A DNA stretch of 64,000 nucleotides, taken from contig NC_045697.1 of NCBI RefSeq assembly GCF_009834535.1, forward strand, positions 60,018,001 to 60,082,000, written 5' to 3'. Position 1 is the first letter of the stretch; the number at the start of each line of letters is the position of its first letter. Positions 1 through 12,709 of this stretch are shown in pieces. The notes beneath the pieces were generated by a model that was not told the origin of the DNA, searched no databases, and saw only the letters and a program-made list of their open reading frames with translations. The position numbers and the translations under genes are program-made. The DNA comes from Camelus ferus. Its lineage: Eukaryota.

Positions 1-1050
1 AAGGGAACCCCCATAAGGCTCTCAGCTGATTTCTCTACACAAACATTACAGGCCAGAAGGGAGTGGCAAGATATAGTCAAAGTCCTGAATGAAAAAAAGA
101 TGCAGCCTAGGATACTCTATCCAGCAAGGCTATCCTTTAGAATAGGAAGAGAGAGAAAGAACTTCACAGACAAGCAAAAACTAAGAGTTTAGCAACACTA
201 AACCCATGCTAAAAGAAATATTGACAGGTCTACTCTAAATAGAAAAGAAGCAGGATGCTACAAAAATGAGAAACTCATAACTGGAAAGGAGATAACTGCC
301 ATGAATTACAAAAAGAATAAACACAAAATTGTAAAAGAAGACATCTAAATCATTAAGAGTGGGAGAGGGAAGCAAGGAAAGCCTCTGTGGAAAACAGTAT
401 GGAGATTCCTCAAAAGACTAGGAATAGACTTACCATATGACCCAGGTATCCTGCTCCTGGGCATATATCCAGAAGGAACCCTACTTCCAAATGACACCTG
501 CACCCCAATATTCATAGCACTATTTCCAATAGCCAAAACATGGAAACAGCCTAAATGTCCATCAACAAATGACTGGATAAAGAAGATGTGGTGTATTTGC
601 ACAATGGAATGCTGTTCAGCCACAAAAACCGACAACATAACGCCATATGCAGCAACATAGATGCTCCTGGAGAATATCATTCTAAGTGAAGTAAGCCAGA
701 AAGAGAAAGAAAAATACCATATGAGATCGCTCATATGAGGAATCTAAGGGGAAAAAAAAAAACAAAACAAATACAAAACAGAAACAGACTCATAGACATA
801 GAATACAAACTTGTGGTTGCCAAGGGGGCGGGGGTTGGGAAGGGACAGACTGGGATTTTAAAATGTAGAATAGATAAGATCACACTGTATAGCACAGGGG
901 AAAGTATACAAGATCTTATGGTAGCGCATAGCGGAAAAAAAATGTGACAATGAATATATACGTTCATGTATGACTGAAAAATTGTGCTCTACACTAGAAT
1001 TTGACACAACATTGTAAAATAAGTATTACTCAATAAAAAATGTAAAAAAA
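1..1050 (+). mobile_element. Young LINE-1 (5' end outside the window): ORF1 C-terminus, spacer, ORF2 C-terminus, 3' UTR, A-rich tail; most of ORF2 is missing
   Basis: 1-238 translates KGTPIRLSADFSTQTLQARREWQDIVKVLNEKKMQPRILYPARLSF... (L1 ORF1p C-terminus; frameshift near 185, TAA at 236-238). From 382 the frame reads PLWKTVWRFLKRLGIDLPYDP...KTWKQPKCPSTNDWIKKMW (ORF2p C-terminus). G-rich 3' UTR tract at 824-844; AATAAA at 1032-1037. Confidence 0.95.
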
Positions 1051-1829
1051 ATTAGGTTAACTTGCAAAAAAAAATAGCCTATTGTGGGGGAAACTGATGA
1101 GATTCTAATAAAATCTAATAAAGTCTTTAGTTAACAGTACTAAAAAAAAAAAAAAGGAATGTCACTTTTATTAAAATAAATGAAGTTTTCTCACTTTTAC
1201 CCAAAAGGCTACCTGAGTTCTTGATTGCTAAAACATTGTTTTGAAATAACTAACATATCATAACTTGTATCAATATTTTCTTCCATTTGTTAGCTGCTAA
1301 ACTTTTTAAAGTCCTTCATTTAGCAGTGGCTTTGTATGTGACTGGAATAGTCTATGAACAAAATTTTATTGACATATTGAAAATGTGGTTCTTGCAAGAT
1401 ATGCACTTGCACTTTCTAATTAATTTGCATCGTATTTGCATTTTGTTGACTAATGTTTACAGGACACTATTGTTAGTGAACAGAATTATTGGTAAAGAAC
1501 TTGAGGAGAGGAGCAGGGACATTCAGTAATGTTAAGTGGCCGACAAGGGGGACAGGGAAGTATTTTACTAAAGAATAACTTTATAAAGTATCATTCCTTA
1601 GTGATTATTTTCATGCGATAGCAAATTTTGTTTATCTTCTCAACCTCATAGCTGTGGGGATTCAGAATGAATGGATAATGAGAATATGCTCTATATTTAC
1701 TTTCTATTCTTTTATTGTCCTCATAGGAGCTTTTCTGTTCCATTAAAATTGCCAGTGTACTCCTCTTTCTCCAGTTAGGTTCTACATTCTGTAAGGTTAG
1801 CTGACTTCTAATAAAAAAGAAATTAGCAA

Positions 1830-2035
1830 TAATAGGTAATTACTGATAGACAACAGTGTTGGTAAGAGCTTTACTTGAATTATCTCATTGACTTTTTATG
1901 ACACCCCTAGAAGGCACTGTACATTTGAATTGTTAATTATTATTCCATTTTATATGTCAGAAAACCAAAGTACAAAAGTATTTTTTCAAGCACATGCATT
2001 AAAGTGGTAGAGTTGGGATTCAAATCCAGGCATCA
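1830..2035 (-). mobile_element. MIR SINE, degraded
   Basis: ttattattccattttata...gaaaaccaaag...gtggtagagttgggattcaaatccaggca resembles the reverse MIR core. Confidence 0.7.
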
Positions 2036-3759
2036 GAGTTCATATATTTTTTATAAAATGACAATAAAATAAGAGCCTGAACTTGACTGGATGAAGTCTT
2101 CCTTTTTCTTAAAGTGTTTCTTAACGGTGGTGCTGTGTAATTTTTTTTTTAAATATTGGGAAGGACAGAATGTCTGGTTGTGTCTCTCTCACTGACGTTC
2201 AGTTTGACCAGTATGTTTGAGTAAGGTCACCTTGATTGTTCTCTTACAGTCTTTCACCTACTGTTGCAGCCATTAATGCCAGATCTGTGACTCCATAAAA
2301 AAAAAATTAGTAATTGCAAAATGAGCTTCTAATTCTATTACTCCTTCTGCATTTATAAATTTCTTTTGTACAAAAAGTTCCTACATCGACTATAAGAATA
2401 ATAGGATGAATGCTAAATTATTTCCCTTACTTAGTGGCTTTTGTGTTTTTATATACTCTTCCTCCCTCTCTCCACTTAACTCCTTATATAAGAGAATACT
2501 AAGCTAAGGTGTTAACCTCTAGAAGGAAGCTTCCTCTGACTTCTCACCCAGGCCTTATTTGATATTCTTCCTCTGCATTCTATTTTATCTTCATTCCCAT
2601 GTATGTTATAATATAAAAATAGCCTCTGAATGATAATTTTCCTGTCCCCTTCCTTGAAGATACACTCCCTGAAGACACGAATAGTGTATTTCACATAACT
2701 TTTTTCTTCCAGGTCTTAATACCTTGCTTTCTAAATGGTAGATGAAAGAAGGGTTAACTAAAATAATGAAATTAGAAGGGGAAAAACAAGGCCATGCATT
2801 GTGAGTTCCGCTAGCTTTTAACACCATGTTTTTCAAGTGCTGGATGGAAGAATGGTTGCATGAATATTGAATTAATAAGATTAGAGGTAAATACTCAATT
2901 ACACAATCTGAGGAAGTACCAGCAGTCCTGGTCCTCAGGAGGACAAAGAAGTGAAAATGATTTGCTGGTATAAATGAACATCTGTCTTTAAAACATTCCA
3001 GCAAGAAAAGAAATTTACCTCAAATTTAGCTTATGTCTGTTCTCTGTAATTTTATGAGTCTAAAAGGAGATTTTATGATTACAGTAGTACTTGCCTAAAT
3101 GATACAAAAATGAATATTGTATTTCATTACACATGGATCTAACAAGTTGAAGCTGTTAAAGAACTAAATTATTAGTTAACTTAGTAGACCAGACTGTCAT
3201 TGGACATGTCTGGAAACATCTTCCTGATCAATAAACAGTGGAATTTGTTTTAATCCACTAGATACAGATCTGTGCATCCATTTCATCCTATCTGAATGCT
3301 AGTTTCCAATCCTTAACTAGCATTACTACCTTGACCACTGTGTGTGTCCCTTTCTAGCACTTAAGAAAAAATTTGTACCTTTTCATATCAATGAACTACT
3401 CAACAAATTGCTTCACTAGAGCTGAGTTAATAAACTTGGCTTTATATTTTACCCTTGTGCTTTCTTTTTGTACTTTGACATCTGAGATGTGATAGAAACA
3501 AAGGAGTGTGGCTAGTTTACTTGATGGAAGTCACATTCTTAACTCCACACCCCCCCCCTTTTTTTTTTAAGATTCTGTATAGTAAATCAGATCTTTGATT
3601 TTTTAAAATACTGAAATATATCTTCAAGTTTGTGGATTATGCTCTGGCCAGGTCTTATTTTTGTGTGGTTCAAACTATAGGCTCATTGCAGTAGATTGGT
3701 GATAACTTCAAATTAGTAGACCAAAGTTTTGGCCTCATTTCTGAAGAATGAGTAGAACA

Positions 3760-3973
3760 CAACAGAATTTGTGATTTCAAGGTCTGAAGACAAACTGATT
3801 GCTTTTGAATCCTAGTTCTGCCACTTTTTAGTGGCAAGTTATTTACCCTTTCAATGTTTTGGTTAACTGATATAGCTACTTTAAGAATTGAATAAGTTAA
3901 TAGATATGAAGCAGTTATAATCATGCTGGGCACACAGTAAGCACTTAACAAAAGGGTTAGCTGTTGTTATTAT
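3760..3973 (+). mobile_element. MIR SINE
   Basis: ttgaatcctagttctgccact...gcaagttattta...ctgggcacacagtaagcacttaacaaaagggttagctgttgttatt. Confidence 0.8.
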
Positions 3974-5762
3974 CCTCTTGTATTAATGTAACCTGATACA
4001 TTCACTAGTGCTGTCACAGTGCCTGTTGGACATGATCAGCTTCTCTTCATGAGCTATTACAGTTCAAGAAAAAGAGAAATGCAAATAGAACATAGTACCT
4101 GGCATAATCTTAAGTACACAGTAATATTTGATGAAGCAAAGACTGTAGATTAACCTGAAGAAATCTGCAATTGTTCAGAGTTAAAATAAGCTCAAAGAGA
4201 TGATGGAAATGCCATGTTCCTTTCAAAGACTTAGGTCCTAAAGTGCATCTCAAAGAATATTTTGTGTGCAAATCTGTTGCCATCTAGTTTCCGTTAGTTA
4301 ATTAATAGTAGTGTTAACTTGTAATATAACAGATGCTATAATTTAGTTTAAATCATAACTCCTTGGATCATGGAAAATTAACATCCAAACGATATACTAC
4401 ATTATGTTCAGTAGCATTATATAAGGAAATATGTCTCTATTTACTATAACTAAAATAGTAACCAGTTCACTTTTAATTTGTATAAATTCCCTAATATAAA
4501 ACAAAGCAAGTAACTAAAATAAGTGTAAAGTCTTACATGTACTAAACACGTTATTTTCAGGATCTATTTTATTTTAGTGCACATTTTAGTACATATTTTT
4601 AGTTTTCAGGGGTTTTTTTAAGTTTAAAATCTCTTATTATAGCTTCTGTTTTAGAAAAAAAGTTATAAAAATTCCTTTGTTGAAATGTTGAAAACAACTT
4701 CACTACTGCCTGGGAAAGCTCTTTCCTAAGAAAGGCACTTGAAATGTATTTGGTTCCATGCTGTCTTATTTTCATAACTGTCCCTTCTATATTTAAAAGT
4801 AAACTATCCTCTCTGGAAGTCCCTTTCTGCTTTGGATCAGCCACTTTTCTGAACTAATCTCCCCATTTGTCTCCTGCTTTTCTAGTAGTGGCATATGATG
4901 ACTGTATGTCTACCCCAGCTGTTTCTAATTTAATGACTCTGGTTGTCTTTGGGAAATGACTTGGCAGTGTTACTCTTTTGTTTAAATGGAGGCAGAATGT
5001 TTTACTATATAATCACTATATATTAAACAAAGTTTCCCTATCCTACATTATATGGGTAAGAGAAACAAACACATATTTTCACAGTTGGATTATGAGAAGG
5101 AAGAAAGCATTACAGCTTAAAACTGTATGTCAGTTCTGTAAAAGAATAGGTTTTGCAGTTCATCACACACACACACATCCAGTGAAAACATAAACATTTC
5201 CTTCTATCTAAATAATTTTGAGCAGTTTTATCTATATTAACATGTGTAAATAATACCAAATATCCATTGCTAAAAGTGTGCTTCAGTGATACTCTCTTTT
5301 AAAAATATCAGTTAATCTATGCCAGTGTCATTCAATAAAATGCAGTTAGATTTTATTTAATTAAGACATTAAAGCACTCAGTATTTATCCCTAAAATTAC
5401 CATTTGGGTTGTGGAACCAGAAAATGCTTTATAAAAAGAATTAAGCTGTGGATCCAGTTAAATATACCATACATGACTAATGTCAGGGTTTTGATTTCTA
5501 ACCAGAAATTGAAATGCTGCCTTTTTTCTTCTTACTACAACTTCCATGCTTCCTGCTTTCCTTGTGCTTCTTTCACTTTGGGCACGTTGCTGGTACACAC
5601 ATATATGCTGCATGGTTGATTTCAACCTATCATGAATATTCCTCTTTATCCTCCACAGCCATAGAGAATATTTAACCTGTGAATTGTTTCTTGGTAGCCT
5701 TAATTGAAAAGGGTTAGGTGGAATTGCCTCTAGTAAGGAGGTCTCACCTGACACACATAATA

Positions 5763-5973
5763 CAGTTGACCCTTGAACAACACTGATTTGAACTGAGCAA
5801 GGCTACTCATATGTGGATTATTTTCAGTCAGTACATTCTACAGTACTACTCCAAGGTTGAATCCACAGATGCGGAACCTATGGATAGGAAGGGCTGACTA
5901 TGAAGTTATAAGTGGATTTTCGACTGTGTGTGGGTCAGTGCCCCTATCCTCTGCATTGTTCAAGGATCAACTG
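5763..5973. mobile_element. Tigger2-type (TcMar-Tigger) MITE, complete
   Basis: 18-bp TIRs cagttgacccttgaacaa (5763-5780) and ttgttcaaggatcaactg (5956-5973, 1 mismatch); TA target duplication on both sides. Confidence 0.9.
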
Positions 5974-6999
5974 TATCTTTCTTTCTGGTTTTTTTTTTCC
6001 CTTTCTTTAAAGTAGTCTCATTTCATAGCAGTTTGCTGGAGGCTTTTCTAAATAGCTTAAAACTCCACTCAATAAAAATAGATGACTTTTGCATAGATTT
6101 TTGTGAAGTAATTTCACAGTTACGTGTTCATTTAGTCATTAAAAATATAAAAAGCTGTAATATTTTATTTAGATTGACCCATTGGTCCACCAGTGGTCTT
6201 GAATGTATTTTGGCTTTATTGTAATGACTAAAATATGGAGGAGCAATAGAGTGCTATATTGGTAGAATTGTATGAATTTTGGACTCATGTTTGGTAGACC
6301 AGTTTTCTTATTTTCCTTCTGCAAAATAAAAATACTATTGCCTGTTTTATGAATTAAATCTGATAGAATATAAATTGAATTTATAGTATGAAATAGAGAT
6401 CATAAAGGTTAATCCTAGTGAATTACATCAAAAGCAAGACAAATAACCGTAATTGGCAAAAAGAACTAACACCCTGAAAGATATGGTTGGCATGTTATGG
6501 TACTAAAATTATGAGACCTTCCATATTGTGTATGGTACATTTGCTGGTTTTATCTTACCATAATCAGTCAAGTGCATAGACATTATTCTAGAACATATTA
6601 ATTCATTGTTAGAATCTAAAGGTCTAGTCCAAGAGAACTTCTGCAATGAAAATGTGAAGTAAATATAGAAAATACCTTCAGATTCTCTCGTGAGGTCCCC
6701 CAAAACACTGCTTAAAAATATGGTGAGGATATCTCATTCAAGATTGCCCTGGAGCACATGTTTAATGGCCCTCTTGAAAAATAACAGTGAAACCAAAGAA
6801 AAGATTAGGAGAATAGATAGGGAGTAGAAAAAGAACATTGAAAGGGAGGTGGGGGGAGTGAAGGAGGAAGAGAAGGATAAAAAATGGAATACTCAGTTTC
6901 ACTCAGGAAATGATAATTACCTTGACAGCTATGCTGGCTAGCCCTGCCTCACTGCCTTGAAGCTCCTTTTAGAGGGAAAACTATGGATTGGCATGTCCT

Positions 7000-7700
7000 G
7001 TTAATTTTCGAAATATGTAAGTCCAAGAAAGATATCTAGAGGGGAAACAAGCCTGTGTGACTGTAGAGGAAAACAAAACAGTTCAAACTTTCATCCTTTA
7101 ATACAGGTGAGGATAAGATGAACAAGGTCCAATAAACATATAATAAGAGTTCGAAGAGGACTGAACTGAGATCACAGTAAGTAGGATTAAATCAAACCAA
7201 TAATAGAAAACAATCTCCTGGCTTGGATAAAGGCTTTGCACTTTACTTTGAAAGACTTTGTGAAATACTAAGTAATAAAAGTTGTAAAGAATCTAATTCA
7301 ATTAAAATCTTAATGTTATAAAAATCAAAAGAAAACCCTACAAATGAATAGAAATAAAAAAAGAAACTAACATGAATTCGAAACCATCAATACTAGATGC
7401 CAAAAGACCGTAAAGCAGTGGCTATCAATTTCTGTTGCATGATTTAAACCTAGAATGTAGAGACAGTTTCACTTTATGTTAAGAGTGAAGTCAAAATAAT
7501 AAAATTTCAGACTTGCAAGTTATACTGAAATGTACTTTCCACTTTTATTCAAATTTAAGTTAATCAGGTATATCTTGTAAAATATGCAAAGAATAGTACA
7601 TTGTAAATACAGGGCTTAGAAAGCAATGAAATGAAATTAGAATAAGACATCAGGGAGCTTTTTAATAATTTCAGAAGAAATTACAAGTCATCTCATGAGC
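7000..7700 (+). mobile_element. Very old L1M/HAL1-like ORF1 remnant
   Basis: A-rich; caatactagatgccaaaagac...gatttaaacctagaatg...aaaatttcagacttgcaag resembles the 3' region of L1M ORF1. Confidence 0.45.
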
Positions 7701-7844
7701 TTAATAAATAATAATCTGGAAGTACAAATGAGTGAAATATTAATGGAGTTAGTGTATATGACTTCTGATATCTTAAAATATATATTTTAAAAAGGGAAAT
7801 CAAAACTTTGGGAAGAAATGTGGAATAACTAGTTATGATTATTG

Positions 7845-9315
7845 AAAGTGCTGTTTAGATCAACTATATCCTTATTGGTATTATTCTTACTTGTTCTATC
7901 AATTACTGAAAGAAGGGTATTGAAGTCTCCATCTGTAATAATAGATTCATTTATTTTTCCTTGAAGTTATATTAGTTTTGTCTCAAAGATTTTGACACTT
8001 TGTTGTTAGGTGTGAACACATTTAGAACTATTTTTCCTGTTGGAGAATTGATGTCTTTGAGGTAATTTTGTAATGCCTCTCTTCATCCCTGAAAATTTTT
8101 CTTGCTCTTAAGTCCACTTTGTGTAAAACTAATAAACTTCTCTAGATAATTTTTGATTAATGTTAGAATAGCATGATTTCCTCTGTCTCTTTACTTTTGA
8201 TATCTGCATCTTGAAAATTAAACTGTATTTCTCCTAGACAACATTCAGTTCTCTCTTTTTTAATCCACTGTGACAACCTGTATTTGGATATGTAGATTTT
8301 TTTTTTCTTCTCTGATTTTCTTCCCTTCTCTGGTTTTCATTGAGCACTATGTTAGCTTGCTAGGGCCACTATGATAAAATACGAAAGACTGTGTGGCTTA
8401 AACAGAAGAAGTCTATTTTCTCACAGTTTCAGGCATGAGAACTCCCAAGATAAGGGCAGAGAGTTTGTTTTCTTCTGAGGCCTTTCTTCCTGGTCTTCAA
8501 ATGGCCACCTTCTAGCTGTTGTCCTCACATTGCCTTTCTTCTGAGCACAGGAATTCCTGGTGTCTCTTTCTGTGTCCAAATTTTCTCTTCTTATAAGGAC
8601 ACCAGTCAGATTGGAAGAGGACCTATCTTAACTGTGTCATTTTAATTTAATAATCTCTTTAAAGGTCTGTCTTCAAATGCAGTCACATTCTGAGTTATTG
8701 AGGTTTGGACTTCTGTATATGCATTTGGGGGGTTACAATTCAGCCTATAACAAACATTTTTGCATTTTCTTTTTTATATAGATATATAAATTATTCTTTA
8801 AACATACTTTAATGGTTGCTCTGGAGATTAAAATGAATATTTTAAATAGTCTAATTTCACCTTCAAATAACACTATACTGCTTCACTTGAGTGTAGGTAA
8901 CTGATAACAAAGTTGCTATTATTACTTTAAATGTGCTATTACATTTTAGATCAATTAGCAATACGTAAAACAGACTTTATTTTACCTTCAGTTGTTTCTT
9001 CTCTCATACTGTTCTTTTCTTAATGAAAATCAAAGTTTCCAATGATTCAGTTTCCTTCTCCTTTAAGACCTTTTTGATCATTGACTGCAGGGAAGATCTG
9101 CCTGTGAAGAATACCCCAGCTTTTATTTCTCTGAGAGGGTCTTTATTTCTCCTTCAGTATTGGAGAAAAATCCTATTGTAAGTGGGAGCCTAGGTCAATA
9201 GTTTTTTCAACAATTTCAATATTTCACTTCACTTTCTTTTGCTTGCATGGTTTGTGATGAGAAGTCTACTATAATTCTTATTTTTGTACATCTGTAGGAG
9301 ACCTTGTGTTTTTCA
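7845..9315 (-). mobile_element. Old L1 (ORF2 endonuclease region, inter-ORF spacer, ORF1 end), interrupted by an MLT1
   Basis: ttctatcaattactgaaagaagggtattgaagtctcc and tgttgttaggtgtgaacacatttagaac are reverse ORF2-EN motifs; ctttatttctccttcagtattgg and tgtgatgagaagtct are reverse ORF1 motifs. Confidence 0.8.
8348..8752 (-). mobile_element. MLT1A/B-type ERVL-MaLR solo LTR
   Basis: tgtggcttaaacagaag...ttctcacagtt...cttataaggacaccagtcagattgg...caattcagcctataaca; nested in the old L1. Confidence 0.9.
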
Positions 9316-9324
9316 GTGCACTTT

Positions 9325-11180
9325 TAGATACAGTACCAAAGTATTACCTGGGAAAAAAATAAAAGGTTGTACTTATTAAAATGAAAAATTTTTGCTCTGT
9401 GAAATACTGTCAAAAGAATCAAGAGACAAGCCATAGAATGGAAGAAAATATTTGAAAAACACAGATTTACTACTTGTATCCCCAGTATACAAAGAACTCT
9501 TAAAGCTCCACAATACAAAAACAAAGGACACTGAAAAAATTGGCAAAAATCTGAACAGGATATATCACCAAAGACAATATACAGGTGGTAAACAAGCATA
9601 TAAAAGATATGTTCATGTATAACTGAAGCATTGTACTGTACATTAAAAATTGACACGACATTGTAAACTGACTATACTTCAATAAATATATATATACAAA
9701 AAGGTACTCAATGTAATTTATAATTAGAGAATCACAACTTAAAACAACATGGCATACCAGTAGAATGGCTAATATCAAACAGATTAATAATACCAATTAC
9801 TGGTGAGAATGCAGAGTAACAGAATCTTTCATTCATTGGTGGTAATTCTAAATGGTAAAGCCACTTTGAATGACATTAACAGTTTCTTATAAAGCTAAAC
9901 AATCTTGCCACATGATCCAGTAGTTGCTCTCCCATATATTTATCCAGTCATTTGAAAATGTACATATACGTGAAAATCTGCACATGAATATCAATATCAA
10001 CTTCATTCATAATTACCAAAAACTGAAAGAAACCAGTAAGTCTTTCCATAAGTGAGTGGATAAAAAAATCCCTTTACATGACATTCTAGTAATGAGGAAA
10101 CTAGAGAGATAGTAAACAGATTGGTGGTTGCCAGTAAAAAGAGGTAAGGGTTAAATATGAGAAGCACAGGAGATTTTTTTTAGGGCAAGAAATAAGTGAC
10201 ACTATTTATTATCAAAACGTTTACAATTTTAGAACATAAAGACTGAAGTTTAAAGTGTGGAAATTTACAAAATAATGAATTAGGATTTGGGGAATATCCC
10301 AGTTTGGAGTGAAAAGAATGACCAACAATCTGACGATTTTATATGTATGAAATAGCCACACTAAAGAGGTTGGGGGGAAAGGTGCTAAATTAGATCATTT
10401 TAAAAATGAGAGAGGTTTTTAAGTCTCTACTTGATAAAGGTGTTTCCTATGGTTTATTGATTCTGATACTGCTACTCATGTATACAGGATATATGTGTAC
10501 TGGATTTGAACAATAAATAACTGAATGGCAGATGGTTAGGCTTTCGTCTCTCACTGTTGGAGTGGGAGTTTGCAGATAAGAAATGAGAGGGTGACCCATG
10601 GAGTAATGAAAAGGAGTTGGAAATATCTAGGAAATCATGTTTAACTTAATATGGATACAGATGGTTGCACATAGAAATACCTGTTATTTGTGGATGTACA
10701 TAGATTAGTATACACATATATTTCCTTGCTCTGTCAGCTGAGATGTTTTAGAAGCAACAACACTGCAGTAGCAATAAACACATCTAGAGCCCCAGATCTT
10801 GGTTTCTAATAGCATTCTCCAATAGAAGGAGAAATGGATAATTTGAGGAGCAAAGCAGGAAATATACATGAGGAGTCTGGAGTATCTCTCAGTTCCAGAA
10901 AATAAGATAGTGTTCAAACAACAAAAATGAAAACTCTTTGTTGGTGTGGGTACGCCAAAGGGGTGCAGAAACCAGCTGAAAGAGCTCTTAAGGTCAAAGC
11001 TGGAACAATTTGAGCAACAAAATGAATAAAGTGGTATTGGATTATAACTCAAGTATAAAATAAATACTCATGAATCCACACTGATATAAATGGCCAATTT
11101 AAAAAATAAATAGGGCAAAAGAAACAAACCTCACATGTGGGAGAATTCCAAGAAACTTACGTAGCTATCTGCCCTCAAGT
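9325..11180 (+). mobile_element. Old L1 (L1MC3/L1MD-like): ORF2 3' end and long 3' UTR
   Basis: gagacaagccatagaatggaagaaaatatttg (ORF2); 3' UTR motifs tttccttgctctgtcagctgaga, cccagatcttggtttctaata, aaagctggaacaatttgagcaacaaaat. Confidence 0.85.
9608..9697 (+). mobile_element. About 90-bp young L1 3' tip nested in old L1 ORF2
   Basis: atgttcatgtataactgaagcattgtactgtaca...gacattgtaaactgactatacttcaataaa matches the terminus at 23650-23725; the host ORF2 resumes after aaaagat/aaaaggt. Confidence 0.85.
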
Positions 11181-11419
11181 TGGAAATATGAGTTTCGCTA
11201 TGAATTTTAGTCTCCTTGGTCAGAGAATTGGTCAGGTATTAAGGGACCATATTTAGAAGAGAAAGTTCCTGAGGGCTCCCATGTAGGAACAAGTTTCAGT
11301 CTCTGACTTCATAGAGGAAACCTCCAGAGGTCACTAAAAGCTCTTACTAGCTTGTAACTCCTCGCAGAGACCAGTCCTAATATGAAAGTCAGAGGAATCC
11401 AAATTTAAAAAAGATTATT

Positions 11420-12388
11420 CCAGTACTTTGCTGGTAAATGCTTTACAAATGGCTCCTCAAAGGAAAAAAATTACATATGTTTACTATAAGTTTTATTACT
11501 ATCAGTACTGTATAAAACAAAATTTACAAATAAAACTGAAATATACAACACTTCATTATAAATTCCAGATAGCCAGTGGATACACAGAAGAATATCATAG
11601 AATGTTTTTGTTCACTTTTGAAATACTCTCCTTATCCATAGCCAGTCTTTGGTTGCATTCTAATATTTTTTGTTTGTTGACATTTTTGTTTACATTTATA
11701 AAAATGACAAAAATGAAGCAGTAAAACCATATGTTGGAAACACACTCATTTGTCATTGCAGTGAGTGTTTTGTTTAATTGGATAATTGTTTTTGAATACT
11801 GGAAGTATATTTCTTTTTTGGGAAGGGGTACTATTAATAAAATAATAACTGATGCAACATTGTAAACTGACCATACTTCAATAAAAGTAAGTAAGTAAAT
11901 AAATAAATAAATAAAAATTTGCCTTATTGCAAAAAGAAAAAAATAAAATAATAATTGCAGAGAGCATACTTTTAAGTTTACTCTACATTATTAACATTTT
12001 CCATCGTAATCTGAACAATCAACAAAATAATATATTACATTTTAAAATATGTAATGTTTGCTTACTTCCGTGGTTTAAATACTCCCAACCATGGCCAAAG
12101 AGATATTCTTCAGTGCATAACTGGGAAGCTATAAGCAGTTACGCAGCATCATATAACATTTAAAGCATACTGATACAGTAGAGGTAAATAATCTCACAAA
12201 CATAAATATTAATAAAATATGGAAGTGAGGAGTTTTGAGTACTTAATATTTGTTTCAGTATAATTTATTTAACTGTAAGTTTACAGGATTGGATTTTTAA
12301 TAGTTTTTGTTATAACTACCATCTTTTATATTGCCTGAAAAAATACAACAGTTCACCGTCTCACACTGGCTCTAGTTCTCTTCACTGG
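11420..12388. mobile_element. MER63-type hAT-Blackjack DNA transposon
   Basis: Begins ccagtactttgctggtaaatgctttacaaatggctc and ends ggctctagttctcttcactgg (ccagt/actgg termini); internal sequence resembles long MER63 variants. Confidence 0.65.
11852..11941 (+). mobile_element. Ultra-short L1 3' tip with double A-tail, inside the MER63
   Basis: caacattgtaaactgaccatacttcaataaa; 16-bp TSD aataaaataataactg (11836-11851) / aataaaataataattg (11942-11957). Confidence 0.85.
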
Positions 12389-12709
12389 CTCAAACAGGAG
12401 TGTGAGCCTATTTGATTCTTTTTTTTCAATTTTGGTTTGAGTTTAGATCATTTTTATTATTTTATTAATTTTACTTCCAGAATCCAAGTCAACATATCCT
12501 AAGCGTTCTGCTTAAAGAATGGAACATTGAGCCTTATTTTCATATCTAACTTTATTGCCTGTTTCTACATCTAGCCTTACTGTAATAAATTGGTAAATAG
12601 TGATTGTTCATATTTCCTCAGCCCATTCATAATTTGAACTCACCAAACAACTAGGTCAGACACCTTCCTTGACCTTGACCTTGGTATTGATAAAATGTGG
12701 TTTTTACTT

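Noticed and set aside
824..844. G-quadruplex-like motif
   Set aside because: A standard feature of L1 3' UTRs, not locus-specific.
345..967. ORFs of 129, 78 and 70 aa
   Set aside because: Antisense or alternative frames of the L1 ORF2 end and 3' UTR.
1415..1441. Tandem octamer motifs ATTTGCAT, with other octamers elsewhere
   Set aside because: Expected by chance in AT-rich DNA, and several lie inside L1s.
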